Shown here: positions 16,816-26,233 of the stretch, in pieces
Layout of the letters: the number at the start of each line of letters is the position of its first letter
Numbering within the stretch: position 1 is the first letter of the stretch
The notes under the pieces: model-generated
Seen by the model: only the letters and a program-made list of their open reading frames with translations
The model's database searches: none
Told to the model about the DNA's origin: nothing
Program-made: the position numbers and the translations under genes
Virus record (IMG/VR): IMGVR_UViG_3300025118_000005
Coordinates: 15,503-79,502 of that record
DNA: 64,000 nt
Direction: 5' to 3' (one strand)
DNA from: a virus

Positions 16816-17416
16816 TCCGCACAACCCTCACGTAAGCCCAACGGAGATAAAGCGATCTTTATCTAAGCATAAAACCGAAGAGCACATAGACTATAAAAGT
16901 TTTTATAATGAAATAAATTATATTTCCCCGGGTATTCATATGCGAAGCTATTATGATGTTTGCGTGGGTAAACTTAATGAGGGAGAAAAGTGGTTAGACG
17001 TAGGCTGTGGGTGCGCAAATTTTTTAAAACAAGCTATATCCGATAAAAATATAAAGCTTTACGGAATGGACGTAGTTGACGAAAGTGTTACTCGCGCGAT
17101 TAAGAACGGGGTTAATTGTATTAAAAATTCCGCGTCAGACCCATATCCTTATGAAAATGAAAGTTTTGATATGGTTACCTCAACGGACGTGTTAGAGCAT
17201 TTACATCCGAACGATGTAGACAAAGCTTTAAAAGAAATATTCAGGGTAGTAAAAAATAATAGGCACGCCCTCTTAGCTCCAGCAACGACGCCCGACCTAA
17301 CGGGGCTCTTGCACCTTACCGTGCAATCCAGAGATTGGTGGGTGAAGAAACTACAAGAAACGGGCTTCCAATTAGTTTCATACGTTGCCTACAAAGGAAT
17401 TCTTTTGCGCAAATGA
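16802..17416 (+). CDS. Class I SAM-dependent methyltransferase
   Basis: LDVGCGC, SFDMV...DVLEHL, EIFRV. Confidence 0.9.
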   Translation: MNKYNPHNPHVSPTEIKRSLSKHKTEEHIDYKSFYNEINYISPGIHMRSYYDVCVGKLNEGEKWLDVGCGCANFLKQAISDKNIKLYGMDVVDESVTRAIKNGVNCIKNSASDPYPYENESFDMVTSTDVLEHLHPNDVDKALKEIFRVVKNNRHALLAPATTPDLTGLLHLTVQSRDWWVKKLQETGFQLVSYVAYKGILLRK

Positions 17417-18048
17417 AAACTTTTTCTCTTATCTTGGCTCGAGGAGGGAGCAAGGGTATACCTAATAAAAATATAATCAAATTGGGTCATATTCCCCTCA
17501 TTCAATATTCTATAGAAGCCTCTAAGGCGTCCAGTGTTGACCAAACATGGGTAAGTACAGACTCTTTAAAAATAAGAGACACCGCAGCTAAGTTGGGAGC
17601 ATTTGTTATAAACCGGCCAGACGAAATTTCCCAAGATAATTCAAAAAGTGACGAAGCTCTAGTCCATTTTGCGAAAAATATAGATTTTGATATATTAGTA
17701 TTTATTCAGCCCACTTCTCCCCTACTTAAAGCGAAAGACATTGATAAGGGGATACAAATGATGAAAGACTATGATTCCGTCTTTTCCGTTTACAAAGAGC
17801 ACTGGATTCCCGAGTGGAATTTGAATGGAACCCCTTATCATTGGGATATCGCTAATCGGCCGATGAGACAAGACGTTCCCGAAACTTATGTGGAAAACGG
17901 AGCTTTTTATATTACTACTAAAAAAGCCTTGTTAAATTCTGGGTTAAGATATAGCGGTAGAATAGGGATGACGGAGATGCCCAAGAATAGAAGCTTTCAA
18001 ATAGATACTCCAGATGACTTAGAATTAGTAAAAAAGCTTTTATATTAA
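17413..18048 (+). CDS. neuA: Acylneuraminate cytidylyltransferase
   Basis: ARGGSKGIPNKN, VSTDS, QPTSP, ENGAFY, IDT.DD; ATG 17413 overlaps the upstream stop. Confidence 0.92.
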   Translation: MKTFSLILARGGSKGIPNKNIIKLGHIPLIQYSIEASKASSVDQTWVSTDSLKIRDTAAKLGAFVINRPDEISQDNSKSDEALVHFAKNIDFDILVFIQPTSPLLKAKDIDKGIQMMKDYDSVFSVYKEHWIPEWNLNGTPYHWDIANRPMRQDVPETYVENGAFYITTKKALLNSGLRYSGRIGMTEMPKNRSFQIDTPDDLELVKKLLY

Positions 18049-18073
18049 TTCGTTCCATGCTATAATTAATAGT

Positions 18074-18778
18074 ATGAATAAATTTGTAGAAGACTTTCAA
18101 GAAAACGGATTTGCTCTAGTTAAAGGCGTTCTTACCGGGAAAGAGAACGAAAATTTTAGAAAAATAGTCGAAGAATACTTCGCTGATCATCCGAGTTTAA
18201 AATTCAGCGGAGGAAGATGTCTGGGCGGATATACCAATATCACACCAGAGCTAAAAGAGCTAAACACCTTTCACGAAGACAAAAAAATGTTAGATATCGC
18301 TAAGGCTATTCTCGGAGAAGGTTTTATTTTCGCAGGGCATAGTGACCTTCACCAAGACAAAACAACAGATTGGCATAGAGATATTCTAATGGGGCCGTAT
18401 AAAATATATCAACAACGTGACCTGTGGGATGATGATTATAAAATTATTAAAATCGCATTTCTGTTACAGGATCATAGTGACAATGATTACGGGCTATGGG
18501 TTGTCCCTAAATCACATAATAGGCGAGACGATGATCCCTCTGTGAGAGCCGAGGGAGAGTATTGTGTACATAGTGAAGTGGGAGACGCGATTGTATTTGA
18601 CCAAAGAATATTACATAGAGGACAGCTATTATCTCAATATGTAGAGGAGTATAATCAATCGAGGTATTTAATTACATTCGGATACGGACTAGACAATACT
18701 CATACGGCCGAGCACGCACGAGGCACCGCAGCGAGACAGCAAGATCAACGAAGGAATCTTACTTACAAAAATGGCTAA
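18074..18778 (+). CDS. PhyH-like Fe(II)/2-oxoglutarate dioxygenase
   Basis: F.ENGF, WHRD, L.VVP.SH, GDAIVFD.R..HRG. Confidence 0.8.
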   Translation: MNKFVEDFQENGFALVKGVLTGKENENFRKIVEEYFADHPSLKFSGGRCLGGYTNITPELKELNTFHEDKKMLDIAKAILGEGFIFAGHSDLHQDKTTDWHRDILMGPYKIYQQRDLWDDDYKIIKIAFLLQDHSDNDYGLWVVPKSHNRRDDDPSVRAEGEYCVHSEVGDAIVFDQRILHRGQLLSQYVEEYNQSRYLITFGYGLDNTHTAEHARGTAARQQDQRRNLTYKNG

Positions 18779-19463
18779 ATTAAAAAAAATATCTGATTCT
18801 GACTTTGATCTTAATAAATCAGTAATTATTGCTGGTAAAGGCCCTACTATATCTAATGTCGAAAAGTTTTTAAGTGGGAAAGACCTAAATGACTTTTATA
18901 TTTGCGGGGTTAATACCGCTTACCAGCTTTTGCCTAAAGTAGATTTTTTATCTTTCTGTGACACAAATGTCTTAGATATTTTAAACAAAAATAGAAAAGA
19001 CTTTAATAAAATTAAGAGCCTTGTCTGCCCGTTGGTCTTGAGAAAGATGTATGACAACGGAATGTGCTTCGACACGGATAAGACTTATGAGTGGCTTCTG
19101 GAAGAGCTAAAAGATCTAGATATAAATATATATAATTTTAAATTATTTACTCAGCACTTATTTTTAGAAATAGATAGCGGAAAGATGGATGATTTTTATT
19201 TTAAAAGCTGCGGGGAAAAAGCAAAGTCAATTCCTCCTGAAGATACTTTAACAAGTAGCTATCATTGTGGATTATTGTGGTTAACGAAAGCGGGTTTCAA
19301 GGATTTTCATATTTTTGGAGTAAGCCAGCAAAACGAATATCACGCTTCTTTTAGCGAAAGTAATGATTGTGGAAATGATAGAGATAGTAAATGGTACGCA
19401 GAAAACTCGTTGAAGGGAGAGAGTATTTTAGAGGAAAATCACTGTAAATATCAATATCACTGA
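18771..19463 (+). CDS. Maf/sialyltransferase-like protein
   Basis: VIIAGKGPT, ICGVN, D.L.F.D, GFK...IFGV pattern; adjacent to neuA/neuB. Confidence 0.55.
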   Translation: MAKLKKISDSDFDLNKSVIIAGKGPTISNVEKFLSGKDLNDFYICGVNTAYQLLPKVDFLSFCDTNVLDILNKNRKDFNKIKSLVCPLVLRKMYDNGMCFDTDKTYEWLLEELKDLDINIYNFKLFTQHLFLEIDSGKMDDFYFKSCGEKAKSIPPEDTLTSSYHCGLLWLTKAGFKDFHIFGVSQQNEYHASFSESNDCGNDRDSKWYAENSLKGESILEENHCKYQYH

Positions 19464-19493
19464 CCCTCAAAAAGTGTATTATAATTAGAGGCT

Positions 19494-20468
19494 ATGAATC
19501 TTTTAGTCACAGGTGGAGCAGGTTTTATCGGAACCAATTTCGTTAAAATGATGCTAAGAAAAAGAACGGGCGTTAAGTTATTAGTCGTCATGGACAGTCT
19601 TACATACGCTTCTGATTTTAGTAACCTCGAAGAAGATCTAGACGATTATGCTGATTTTAAGTTTGCTAAAGTCGATATAAAAGACGATAAATATATTGAT
19701 TCGACCTTCGAAAAATATGGTATTACCCACGTAGTACATTTTGCAGCAGAAACTCATGTAGACAATTCTATTATCGGGCCAAGAGCTTTTGTAGAGACGA
19801 ACATCCTCGGGACCTTCAATCTTTTAGAGTCTGCTAGAAAACATGAGGTGGAAAGGTTTCATCATATCTCTACTGACGAAGTATTCGGTCATTTGGGAGA
19901 AAAGGGTAAGTTCACAGAAGATACTCCTTATGCTCCTAGGAACCCGTATTCGGCTTCTAAGGCGTCTTCTGACCATTTGGTAAGGTCATACTACCATACG
20001 TACGAATTACCTGTGACGATCTCAAATTGCTCTAATAATTACGGCCCCTATCAACATGAAGAGAAACTTATTCCTACCATTATTAATTCCATTTTAAAAA
20101 GAAAAAAAATACCAGTATACGGCCAAGGTTTAAACGTAAGAGACTGGATACATGTCGATGATCATTGCGACGCGCTATTAACTGTCTTGAAGAAGGGCGT
20201 CCCGGGAGAAACATATAATATCGGAGCCAACTGCGAAAAAAGAAATCTTGATGTTATTGTCTCTATTTGCGATATCTTAAAAGTAGAGCTCGAAGACTGT
20301 ACAGAATTTGTTTGTGACAGATTAGGCCATGATTTTAGATATGCCATAGACGCTTCTAAAATTATAAAAGAATTAAAGTGGAAGCCTAAGATCCCATTCG
20401 AAAAGGGTATTAGTAAGACCGTAGCGCATTATAAGAGTAAATATGATACTGAATTTAGAGACTTATAG
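19494..20468 (+). CDS. rmlB: dTDP-glucose 4,6-dehydratase
   Basis: TGGAGFIG, HFAAETHVDNSI, STDEV, YSASK, NCSNNYGP, RDWIHV, GHD.RY. Confidence 0.96.
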   Translation: MNLLVTGGAGFIGTNFVKMMLRKRTGVKLLVVMDSLTYASDFSNLEEDLDDYADFKFAKVDIKDDKYIDSTFEKYGITHVVHFAAETHVDNSIIGPRAFVETNILGTFNLLESARKHEVERFHHISTDEVFGHLGEKGKFTEDTPYAPRNPYSASKASSDHLVRSYYHTYELPVTISNCSNNYGPYQHEEKLIPTIINSILKRKKIPVYGQGLNVRDWIHVDDHCDALLTVLKKGVPGETYNIGANCEKRNLDVIVSICDILKVELEDCTEFVCDRLGHDFRYAIDASKIIKELKWKPKIPFEKGISKTVAHYKSKYDTEFRDL

Positions 20469-20484
20469 CGTGTAAATATAATTA

Positions 20485-21273
20485 ATGCTTGATAAACAAG
20501 TCAAATCAAAAGGGAAAGTCAAGATCAGAGGAGACAAAAAACTCGCGGAAGATCTAAACGAAACCAAAAACAAATATATTGCCGAAAACCCAATTGAAAG
20601 GCAAATTAAAATCAACCAATTTCCTTGGACGGAAAAACAAAAAGAATTTTTCAGAATAGCTTTAGATTATAATACTAAAATTATTTTCGTTAACGGCCCA
20701 GCAGGGACCTCTAAAACCCTTTTGTCCACTTATTGCGGATTGCAGCTTCTCAACATGAAGGCTATTTCAGACATTATGTATCTTCGATCTGCCGTGGAGA
20801 GCTCAGAAAAAAGTCTGGGGTATTTACCCGGAGACGCTAACGAAAAATTAAGATTTTATAATTTACCTTTTCTGGATAAGCTAGACGAACTATTAACTAC
20901 GACTAAACCAGAAAAGCTAGAAGAGCAACGTAGGATTTCTATGTTCCCAGTCAATTTCGCGAGAGGAATGAATTGGAAGGGAAAATGTATTATACTTGAT
21001 GAAGCTCAGAACTCTACAATAAAGGAGGTCGTGACCGTTCTTACGAGAATGGGGCAGGGCAGTAGGTGTTTCGTTTTAGCGGACCCGATGCAAACGGACC
21101 TTAGAAGCGAGAGTTGTCAGGGAGCGTTTGAAAACTTATCAAAACTATTCTCAGACGAAGAAAGCGCAGCAATGGGAATTTATACGTTTAACTTCTCCGA
21201 GGAGGATATTATGAGATCAGAGTTAGTTAAATTTATAGTCCAAAAAATAAACAAAGAAGGAGAAAGCAAATGA
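20485..21273 (+). CDS. phoH: PhoH-family ATPase
   Basis: GPAGTSKT, LGYLPG, RG, IILDEAQN, LTRMG, DI.RS. Confidence 0.92.
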   Translation: MLDKQVKSKGKVKIRGDKKLAEDLNETKNKYIAENPIERQIKINQFPWTEKQKEFFRIALDYNTKIIFVNGPAGTSKTLLSTYCGLQLLNMKAISDIMYLRSAVESSEKSLGYLPGDANEKLRFYNLPFLDKLDELLTTTKPEKLEEQRRISMFPVNFARGMNWKGKCIILDEAQNSTIKEVVTVLTRMGQGSRCFVLADPMQTDLRSESCQGAFENLSKLFSDEESAAMGIYTFNFSEEDIMRSELVKFIVQKINKEGESK

Positions 21274-22052
21274 GTGACCAAGCAAGAACTAAAAAAGAAG
21301 TAGAAGCCGACTTGTTACTCAAGCAAGCCGAACTAAAATATAAAGAGGCCGAGATTGAAAAGACTAAAGCCGAAACCAAGAAGGTCCAAGCAGAAGCTGG
21401 AAAAGCTCAGCTAGAATTTGAAAAGGCCCACAACTCTAGAAGCAAAGAGTTATATACGGACGAAGAAAATTATTTATATAGATTCTCTAAAGACGTAAAC
21501 CACCATTCCGTACAAGCATGTATGAGCAAGCTCACAGAATGGCATCGTAAAGACTCCAAGTGCAAAATAGAAATCGTTTTTTCTTCTCCCGGAGGAAGTA
21601 TCGTTGACGGATTTGAATTATTTGATTTCATTCAAGAACTTAGATCTAAAGGTCATCATATCTCGACGGGCTCGTTGGGTATGGCCGCTTCTATGGCGGG
21701 AATCCTTCTCCAAGCTGGAGACACTAGGTGGATTGGTCATCAAGCATGGTTGATGATTCACAGAGCCGCGTTCGGAGCCATAGGTAAAACGTATGAGATA
21801 GAAGACGAAGTAAGACTTGTTAAAAGAATCGAAGAGCGCGTCCTAGATATCTTTACATCAAGATCCAAGCTCAGCAAGCGCAGGCTCAAAAGAAACTGGG
21901 ATAGAAAAGATTGGTGGATTGACGCAGACGAATGTCTAGAGTTAGGTTTGGTAGACGAAATTAAAGCTATGATGCCAGAGCACCAAGTTAGCGCCAAAAG
22001 CAAAAAGAAGGTTAAAAAAAATGTACGGAAAGCTAAAAAAAGTTTGGAATAA
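21270..22052 (+). CDS. clpP: ClpP-family protease with N-terminal coiled coil
   Basis: SPGGS, AASMA (Ser), LMIH (His), DWW (Asp), LGLVDEI. Confidence 0.85.
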   Translation: MSDQARTKKEVEADLLLKQAELKYKEAEIEKTKAETKKVQAEAGKAQLEFEKAHNSRSKELYTDEENYLYRFSKDVNHHSVQACMSKLTEWHRKDSKCKIEIVFSSPGGSIVDGFELFDFIQELRSKGHHISTGSLGMAASMAGILLQAGDTRWIGHQAWLMIHRAAFGAIGKTYEIEDEVRLVKRIEERVLDIFTSRSKLSKRRLKRNWDRKDWWIDADECLELGLVDEIKAMMPEHQVSAKSKKKVKKNVRKAKKSLE

Positions 22053-22114
22053 AATTAGACATTGGGGCTGTAAAGTAGGATTATGTAATCTAGACAGGTG
22101 CAAATGCCAATGTC

Positions 22115-22834
22115 ATGAAAATAAGTAATTCACATAAGTTTATTTTTTTATCTAACCCGAAGTGTGGCTCTAGTTCACTAAGGAGGACTTTATATCCTTA
22201 TAGTCAGATAGACGCGCATAGTTTATATAAAAATGCTCCGTCGGGAAATAAAGAAATTATAAAACAAAATTTCATTAATATACTACATATAAGCGCTAAG
22301 GAGCTTAAGCACAGTATTAATCAATCAAACCTTCCTGATATATGGGACGAGTATTATACATTTAGTACAGTTAGAAATCCTTGGAGAAAAATGGTTTCTT
22401 GGTACTTTTTCCTTCAGCCCGATAAAAATATGTTAACGATACTAGATGCTCGTAACGCCTATGATATAGACTCTGCCTATACTCCGCACTTTAATGATTT
22501 TGTAGACCATTTGGCCAATAACGCCCGAGAGACCCTTCTTCCTAGTTATGATTTCTTTTTTAAAGACTGGGATACCGGAGCGGAACTTATGGATGATGTT
22601 TTTAAACTGGAAGACCTAGACGCTACGCTCCCTCCCCGTCTCGAAGAAAAGACAGGCCTTAAGCTGGAGACTCCCTTGCCTAATTATATGCCAGATTTTA
22701 AATTAGAAGCTCAATCCAAGCATGTTAAATTTAAAGGCGACCCTTACGATTTATACAACGAATCTTCCAAACAATTCGTTAGTGAGTTCTACAAAAGTGA
22801 TATAGAAAAATTTGATTATTCCTTCGGAGAATAA
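22115..22834 (+). CDS. Sulfotransferase family 2 protein
   Basis: 5'-PSB NPKCGSSS; 3'-PB VRNPW.KMVSWY; C-terminal Y..D...F.Y. Confidence 0.85.
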   Translation: MKISNSHKFIFLSNPKCGSSSLRRTLYPYSQIDAHSLYKNAPSGNKEIIKQNFINILHISAKELKHSINQSNLPDIWDEYYTFSTVRNPWRKMVSWYFFLQPDKNMLTILDARNAYDIDSAYTPHFNDFVDHLANNARETLLPSYDFFFKDWDTGAELMDDVFKLEDLDATLPPRLEEKTGLKLETPLPNYMPDFKLEAQSKHVKFKGDPYDLYNESSKQFVSEFYKSDIEKFDYSFGE

Positions 22835-22842
22835 TTAGTCTC

Positions 22843-23010
22843 CTATTCAATTTCTCTGTGGTCTATTAACTTCAACAATGCGTAAGCTTTGTTATTAATC
22901 ATACTTAACTCGACACTAATCCCGGGGTCATCATGTTTACAAAAAGGAAAAGATATGTCTAGTATCTCGTTTATTAGTTTTTTTGCTTCTTCTTTACCGT
23001 CTTTGCTCAT
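22843..23010 (-). CDS. Hypothetical protein
   Basis: Fills the gap on the minus strand; start probably MSKDG. Confidence 0.4.
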   Translation of the reverse strand: MSKDGKEEAKKLINEILDISFPFCKHDDPGISVELSMINNKAYALLKLIDHREIE

Positions 23011-23078
23011 GCTATATCTTACAGAAATAAGCACAAAAAATCAATAAAATATTGAAAAGTATGGTATAATATAATGTT

Positions 23079-23477
23079 ATGCTAAAGACATATTGTCAAA
23101 ATTGCGGGTCATTAAATCAATACGTATCAGAAAAACCTAATTTTTGTAACAAGTGTGGAATTAAATTTTCTCACGCTTTAGCCACCTCTGATACAGAACT
23201 TAAGGTCGACGCCTTCGGCGTGGTAGAAGAGGTCGTTGTCGATGACCCCGATCAAACCATAACAAATATTTTAAAACTGGGAGGGCTAGATGTAGAGATA
23301 GATATGACCAATCGGCCCATAGGCGATACTGTCGGTAGCTTAATGGGAACTAGTGAAGAGGGCACCCATCCCGGATCGACCACGGGTATAGACGAAAAAT
23401 ATACCATGGAAGATTTCGAGAGAGAGGCTGGCTCTGTGAGAAAACAAGACAGTGGAAATGAAAAAGAAGAAACCTAA
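23079..23477 (+). CDS. Double zinc-ribbon protein
   Basis: YCQNCG...FCNKCG. Confidence 0.7.
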   Translation: MLKTYCQNCGSLNQYVSEKPNFCNKCGIKFSHALATSDTELKVDAFGVVEEVVVDDPDQTITNILKLGGLDVEIDMTNRPIGDTVGSLMGTSEEGTHPGSTTGIDEKYTMEDFEREAGSVRKQDSGNEKEET

Positions 23478-24183
23478 GAAAAAAACAGCGAAGAAGTCGG
23501 GGGAAAAGGAAAAAGGTTTTGAGGATTACATAGAAATTATCAATGAGGAAATATCAAAAAAAAGGTACAAATGGAATTTAACTTCTTTAGCTTGGCTAGA
23601 TTTTGAAGATGTATCTCAGATATTGAGATTTCATATTTTTAAAAAATGGCACTTATATGACCAAAGCAAAAATATTAAGCCTTGGATAAGAACCATTATA
23701 GCTAACCAAATAAAGAACTTAATTAGAAATAATTATACGAACTTTATTAAACCCTGTTCTCGATGCGAGGCTACTAGAGGAGAAGAGGGCTGCGAGATTT
23801 ACGAAAAACAATGTAGCGCTTGTCCTTTATATAAAAATTGGGAAAAAAATAAAAAAGCTGGCTTCGCGGCTAAGATGCCCGTGCCGCTTGAGAGCTATAG
23901 GCAGGAAGCGTTCTATATTGAAAATAATCAGTCTTTGGATATAGAAAGGTGCGCGACGATATTACATGAGAAAATGGAGGAGGCATTAAAGCCTCATGAA
24001 TGGAAAATTTATAAATATTTATACATAGACCATCTAGACGAATTAGCGGCCGCTAAAAAAATGGGGTATAAGACTTCGGAAAAAAATAGGTCTCCGGGGT
24101 ACAAGCAGATTAAAAATGTCAAAAAAAGAATAATAGCTAAAGTAAAAGACTTAATAGAAAAAGACGAAATAGATATTTGGTGA
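23452..24183 (+). CDS. Sigma-factor-like protein with Cys-rich insert
   Basis: DFEDVSQ...W..YD.....W...I..NQIKNL.R resembles sigma region 2; C-terminal HTH-like segment; CxxC..C..CxxC insert. Confidence 0.7.
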   Translation: MEMKKKKPKKKTAKKSGEKEKGFEDYIEIINEEISKKRYKWNLTSLAWLDFEDVSQILRFHIFKKWHLYDQSKNIKPWIRTIIANQIKNLIRNNYTNFIKPCSRCEATRGEEGCEIYEKQCSACPLYKNWEKNKKAGFAAKMPVPLESYRQEAFYIENNQSLDIERCATILHEKMEEALKPHEWKIYKYLYIDHLDELAAAKKMGYKTSEKNRSPGYKQIKNVKKRIIAKVKDLIEKDEIDIW

Positions 24184-24185
24184 TA

Positions 24186-25268
24186 ATGAAAATAAAATTA
24201 ACAAACCAACAAAAAAGAAACGTTCTGGAAGAATGGGACTCTAGAAAAAAGAATCCCCCCTCCCTTCTAGAACTAATTAGAGTCGCATATCCAGATCAAC
24301 CGCATTTAGACGGCAGGAGTAAAGAGGGTAAAAGCGTAAAGGCTTTCTTGGCTATGAAACAAATTAAAGCTCTGGCCTCTCATCAATATCAACCCAAAAA
24401 AATTGAGCTAACAGAAGAGCAAGAAGAATTTATTAACAACAACTTCGGTATGATGTCTGCTGTCGAAATGGCTAGAGTTTTGTTTAAGAATAATGAATTG
24501 ACTAATCTTAATCAGGAGTCTAGGGCTGTCGACGAGCACATTAAAACTTTAAATCCTACCGCCGCTTTTCAGCCTAGTCAAGTTCCCGAACAAGGATATA
24601 AACCGCCCAAAACCATACCCGCGGCAATCACTAAGGTTAACCATTATGTTCTTGAGGGAATAGACAAAAATAAAATTACCCCCAAAAATAAAAAGGATAT
24701 TAATAGTTTAATCGGTTATCTTCATACTTATAGATTCTTACATCAGATGAACGGTTATGAAAATCAAACTTCTAGAGAGCTTTTTGAAAGTAGCTTTGTT
24801 AGATATACTTATGATAAAAGCGATTTAATGCAAGAAGAGGTAGATCAATATATTGTACTTGCTACAGAAGTCGTTATCGCCTCAAATATCCAAAGAAGAG
24901 TGGAAAGACTTCAACAACATTTAGATAATGCCGCAGAAGACACAGAAGGAAGAAGGATCGCAATGGCTCTTGTTGATGCAATTAACACGGCGCAAACAGA
25001 ATATAATCAATGCGTTAACCGCCAGCAAAAGCTTCTCGAAAGCCTAAAGGAAAAACGGAGCGACAAGCTAAAAAAACAAATTAAAGAAAATGCTAGTGTG
25101 CTTACTTTGGTTGAGATGTGGAGGGAAGAAGAAACTCGCAAGAAAATGATTGAGTTAGCCGAACGTCGAAAAATGGTCATAAAAAACGAAATCGAAAATC
25201 TCACGTCTATGGACGAAGTTAAATCTAGAATTTTGGGAATATCAGAAGGAGAAATATTAGATGGATGA
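24186..25268 (+). CDS. Helical protein of the packaging module, function unknown
   Basis: Long ORF with coiled-coil C-terminus, two genes upstream of terminase. Confidence 0.6.
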   Translation: MKIKLTNQQKRNVLEEWDSRKKNPPSLLELIRVAYPDQPHLDGRSKEGKSVKAFLAMKQIKALASHQYQPKKIELTEEQEEFINNNFGMMSAVEMARVLFKNNELTNLNQESRAVDEHIKTLNPTAAFQPSQVPEQGYKPPKTIPAAITKVNHYVLEGIDKNKITPKNKKDINSLIGYLHTYRFLHQMNGYENQTSRELFESSFVRYTYDKSDLMQEEVDQYIVLATEVVIASNIQRRVERLQQHLDNAAEDTEGRRIAMALVDAINTAQTEYNQCVNRQQKLLESLKEKRSDKLKKQIKENASVLTLVEMWREEETRKKMIELAERRKMVIKNEIENLTSMDEVKSRILGISEGEILDG

Positions 25269-26232
25269 AAAACCAAAAATTATTTGCAAAATATGCGAAG
25301 ACCGCTTCACCGATTATAAAGGCTTACATAGGCACTTAAGAGCTCATAATTGTTTGGTGGTAGACTACTATCATGCTTATTACCCTAGGAAAGACTTATT
25401 AACTGGGGATTTAATTAAATTTAAAAATAGAAAACAATATCTTTATTCACATTTTAATACTCGGCACTCTATGAAAAAGTGGACTCAGGTCACGCCGAAA
25501 AAAGATGTTCGTAATTATTGTGAGTCTTATTTAAAAAGAAGAGCAAAGAAAAAAAAGTTAAAGTTCGCGCCTTGCGAGGTAGAAGCAAGGTCTCTCATGT
25601 GCCCGCCCATTACATATCTTAATTCTACTTTCGACGACAATTATTATGGATATTGTTCGACAGAGCTCGGCTTAGAAAATAAATACACAAAATGGCCCGG
25701 GAAAATCTCTCTACCTTTTGACGCGCCAATAGACGCTATTAAAAAAATGCGTTATAAAATATATATTGACAGCAGAGAGCAAAAACCATTTAAGCTATCA
25801 TTTCCTACAGAAGTAAAAGCTTTGAAATACGGGGACTACGCATTAGATGACGATCGTCTTAGTGGAAATACTTATATAGAAAGAAAATCTATAACAGATT
25901 TTATAGGGACTTTAAGTGGGGGGTATGATAGATTTGTTAAAGAAATAGAGCGGTCCGAAAAAGATAAAGTTAGATTAGTAGTATTAGTCGAAGAAAGTAT
26001 TAACGACTGTTTGTCATTTAAGCATTTACCTTATGTTTCAAAAAAAATAAAAGCTACGCCAGAATTTGTTTTTCATAATGTCCGGACACTTTTGCAGACG
26101 TACAAAAACTTAGATTTTTTATTTGTCCGGGGGAGAAAAGAAGCGACAAGGGTAACTGAAAAATTACTTTTAAATGGCCGTGTTTATTCTAAGATAGACC
26201 TGCAGCTAGCTTATGATATAAAAAAATTATAA
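25261..26232 (+). CDS. ERCC4/XPF-family nuclease with N-terminal C2H2 zinc finger
   Basis: CKIC...LHRHLRAH; IDSREQ, GDY, IERKS..D. Confidence 0.85.
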   Translation: MDEKPKIICKICEDRFTDYKGLHRHLRAHNCLVVDYYHAYYPRKDLLTGDLIKFKNRKQYLYSHFNTRHSMKKWTQVTPKKDVRNYCESYLKRRAKKKKLKFAPCEVEARSLMCPPITYLNSTFDDNYYGYCSTELGLENKYTKWPGKISLPFDAPIDAIKKMRYKIYIDSREQKPFKLSFPTEVKALKYGDYALDDDRLSGNTYIERKSITDFIGTLSGGYDRFVKEIERSEKDKVRLVVLVEESINDCLSFKHLPYVSKKIKATPEFVFHNVRTLLQTYKNLDFLFVRGRKEATRVTEKLLLNGRVYSKIDLQLAYDIKKL

Positions 26233-26233
26233 T

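Noticed and set aside
11298-20468. Host O-antigen/capsule locus (prophage flank or chimeric contig)
   Set aside because: No wzx/wzy/ABC exporter; contiguous with phoH, sigma-like and terL genes and shares the GTGTA motif. Chimerism cannot be fully excluded without reads.
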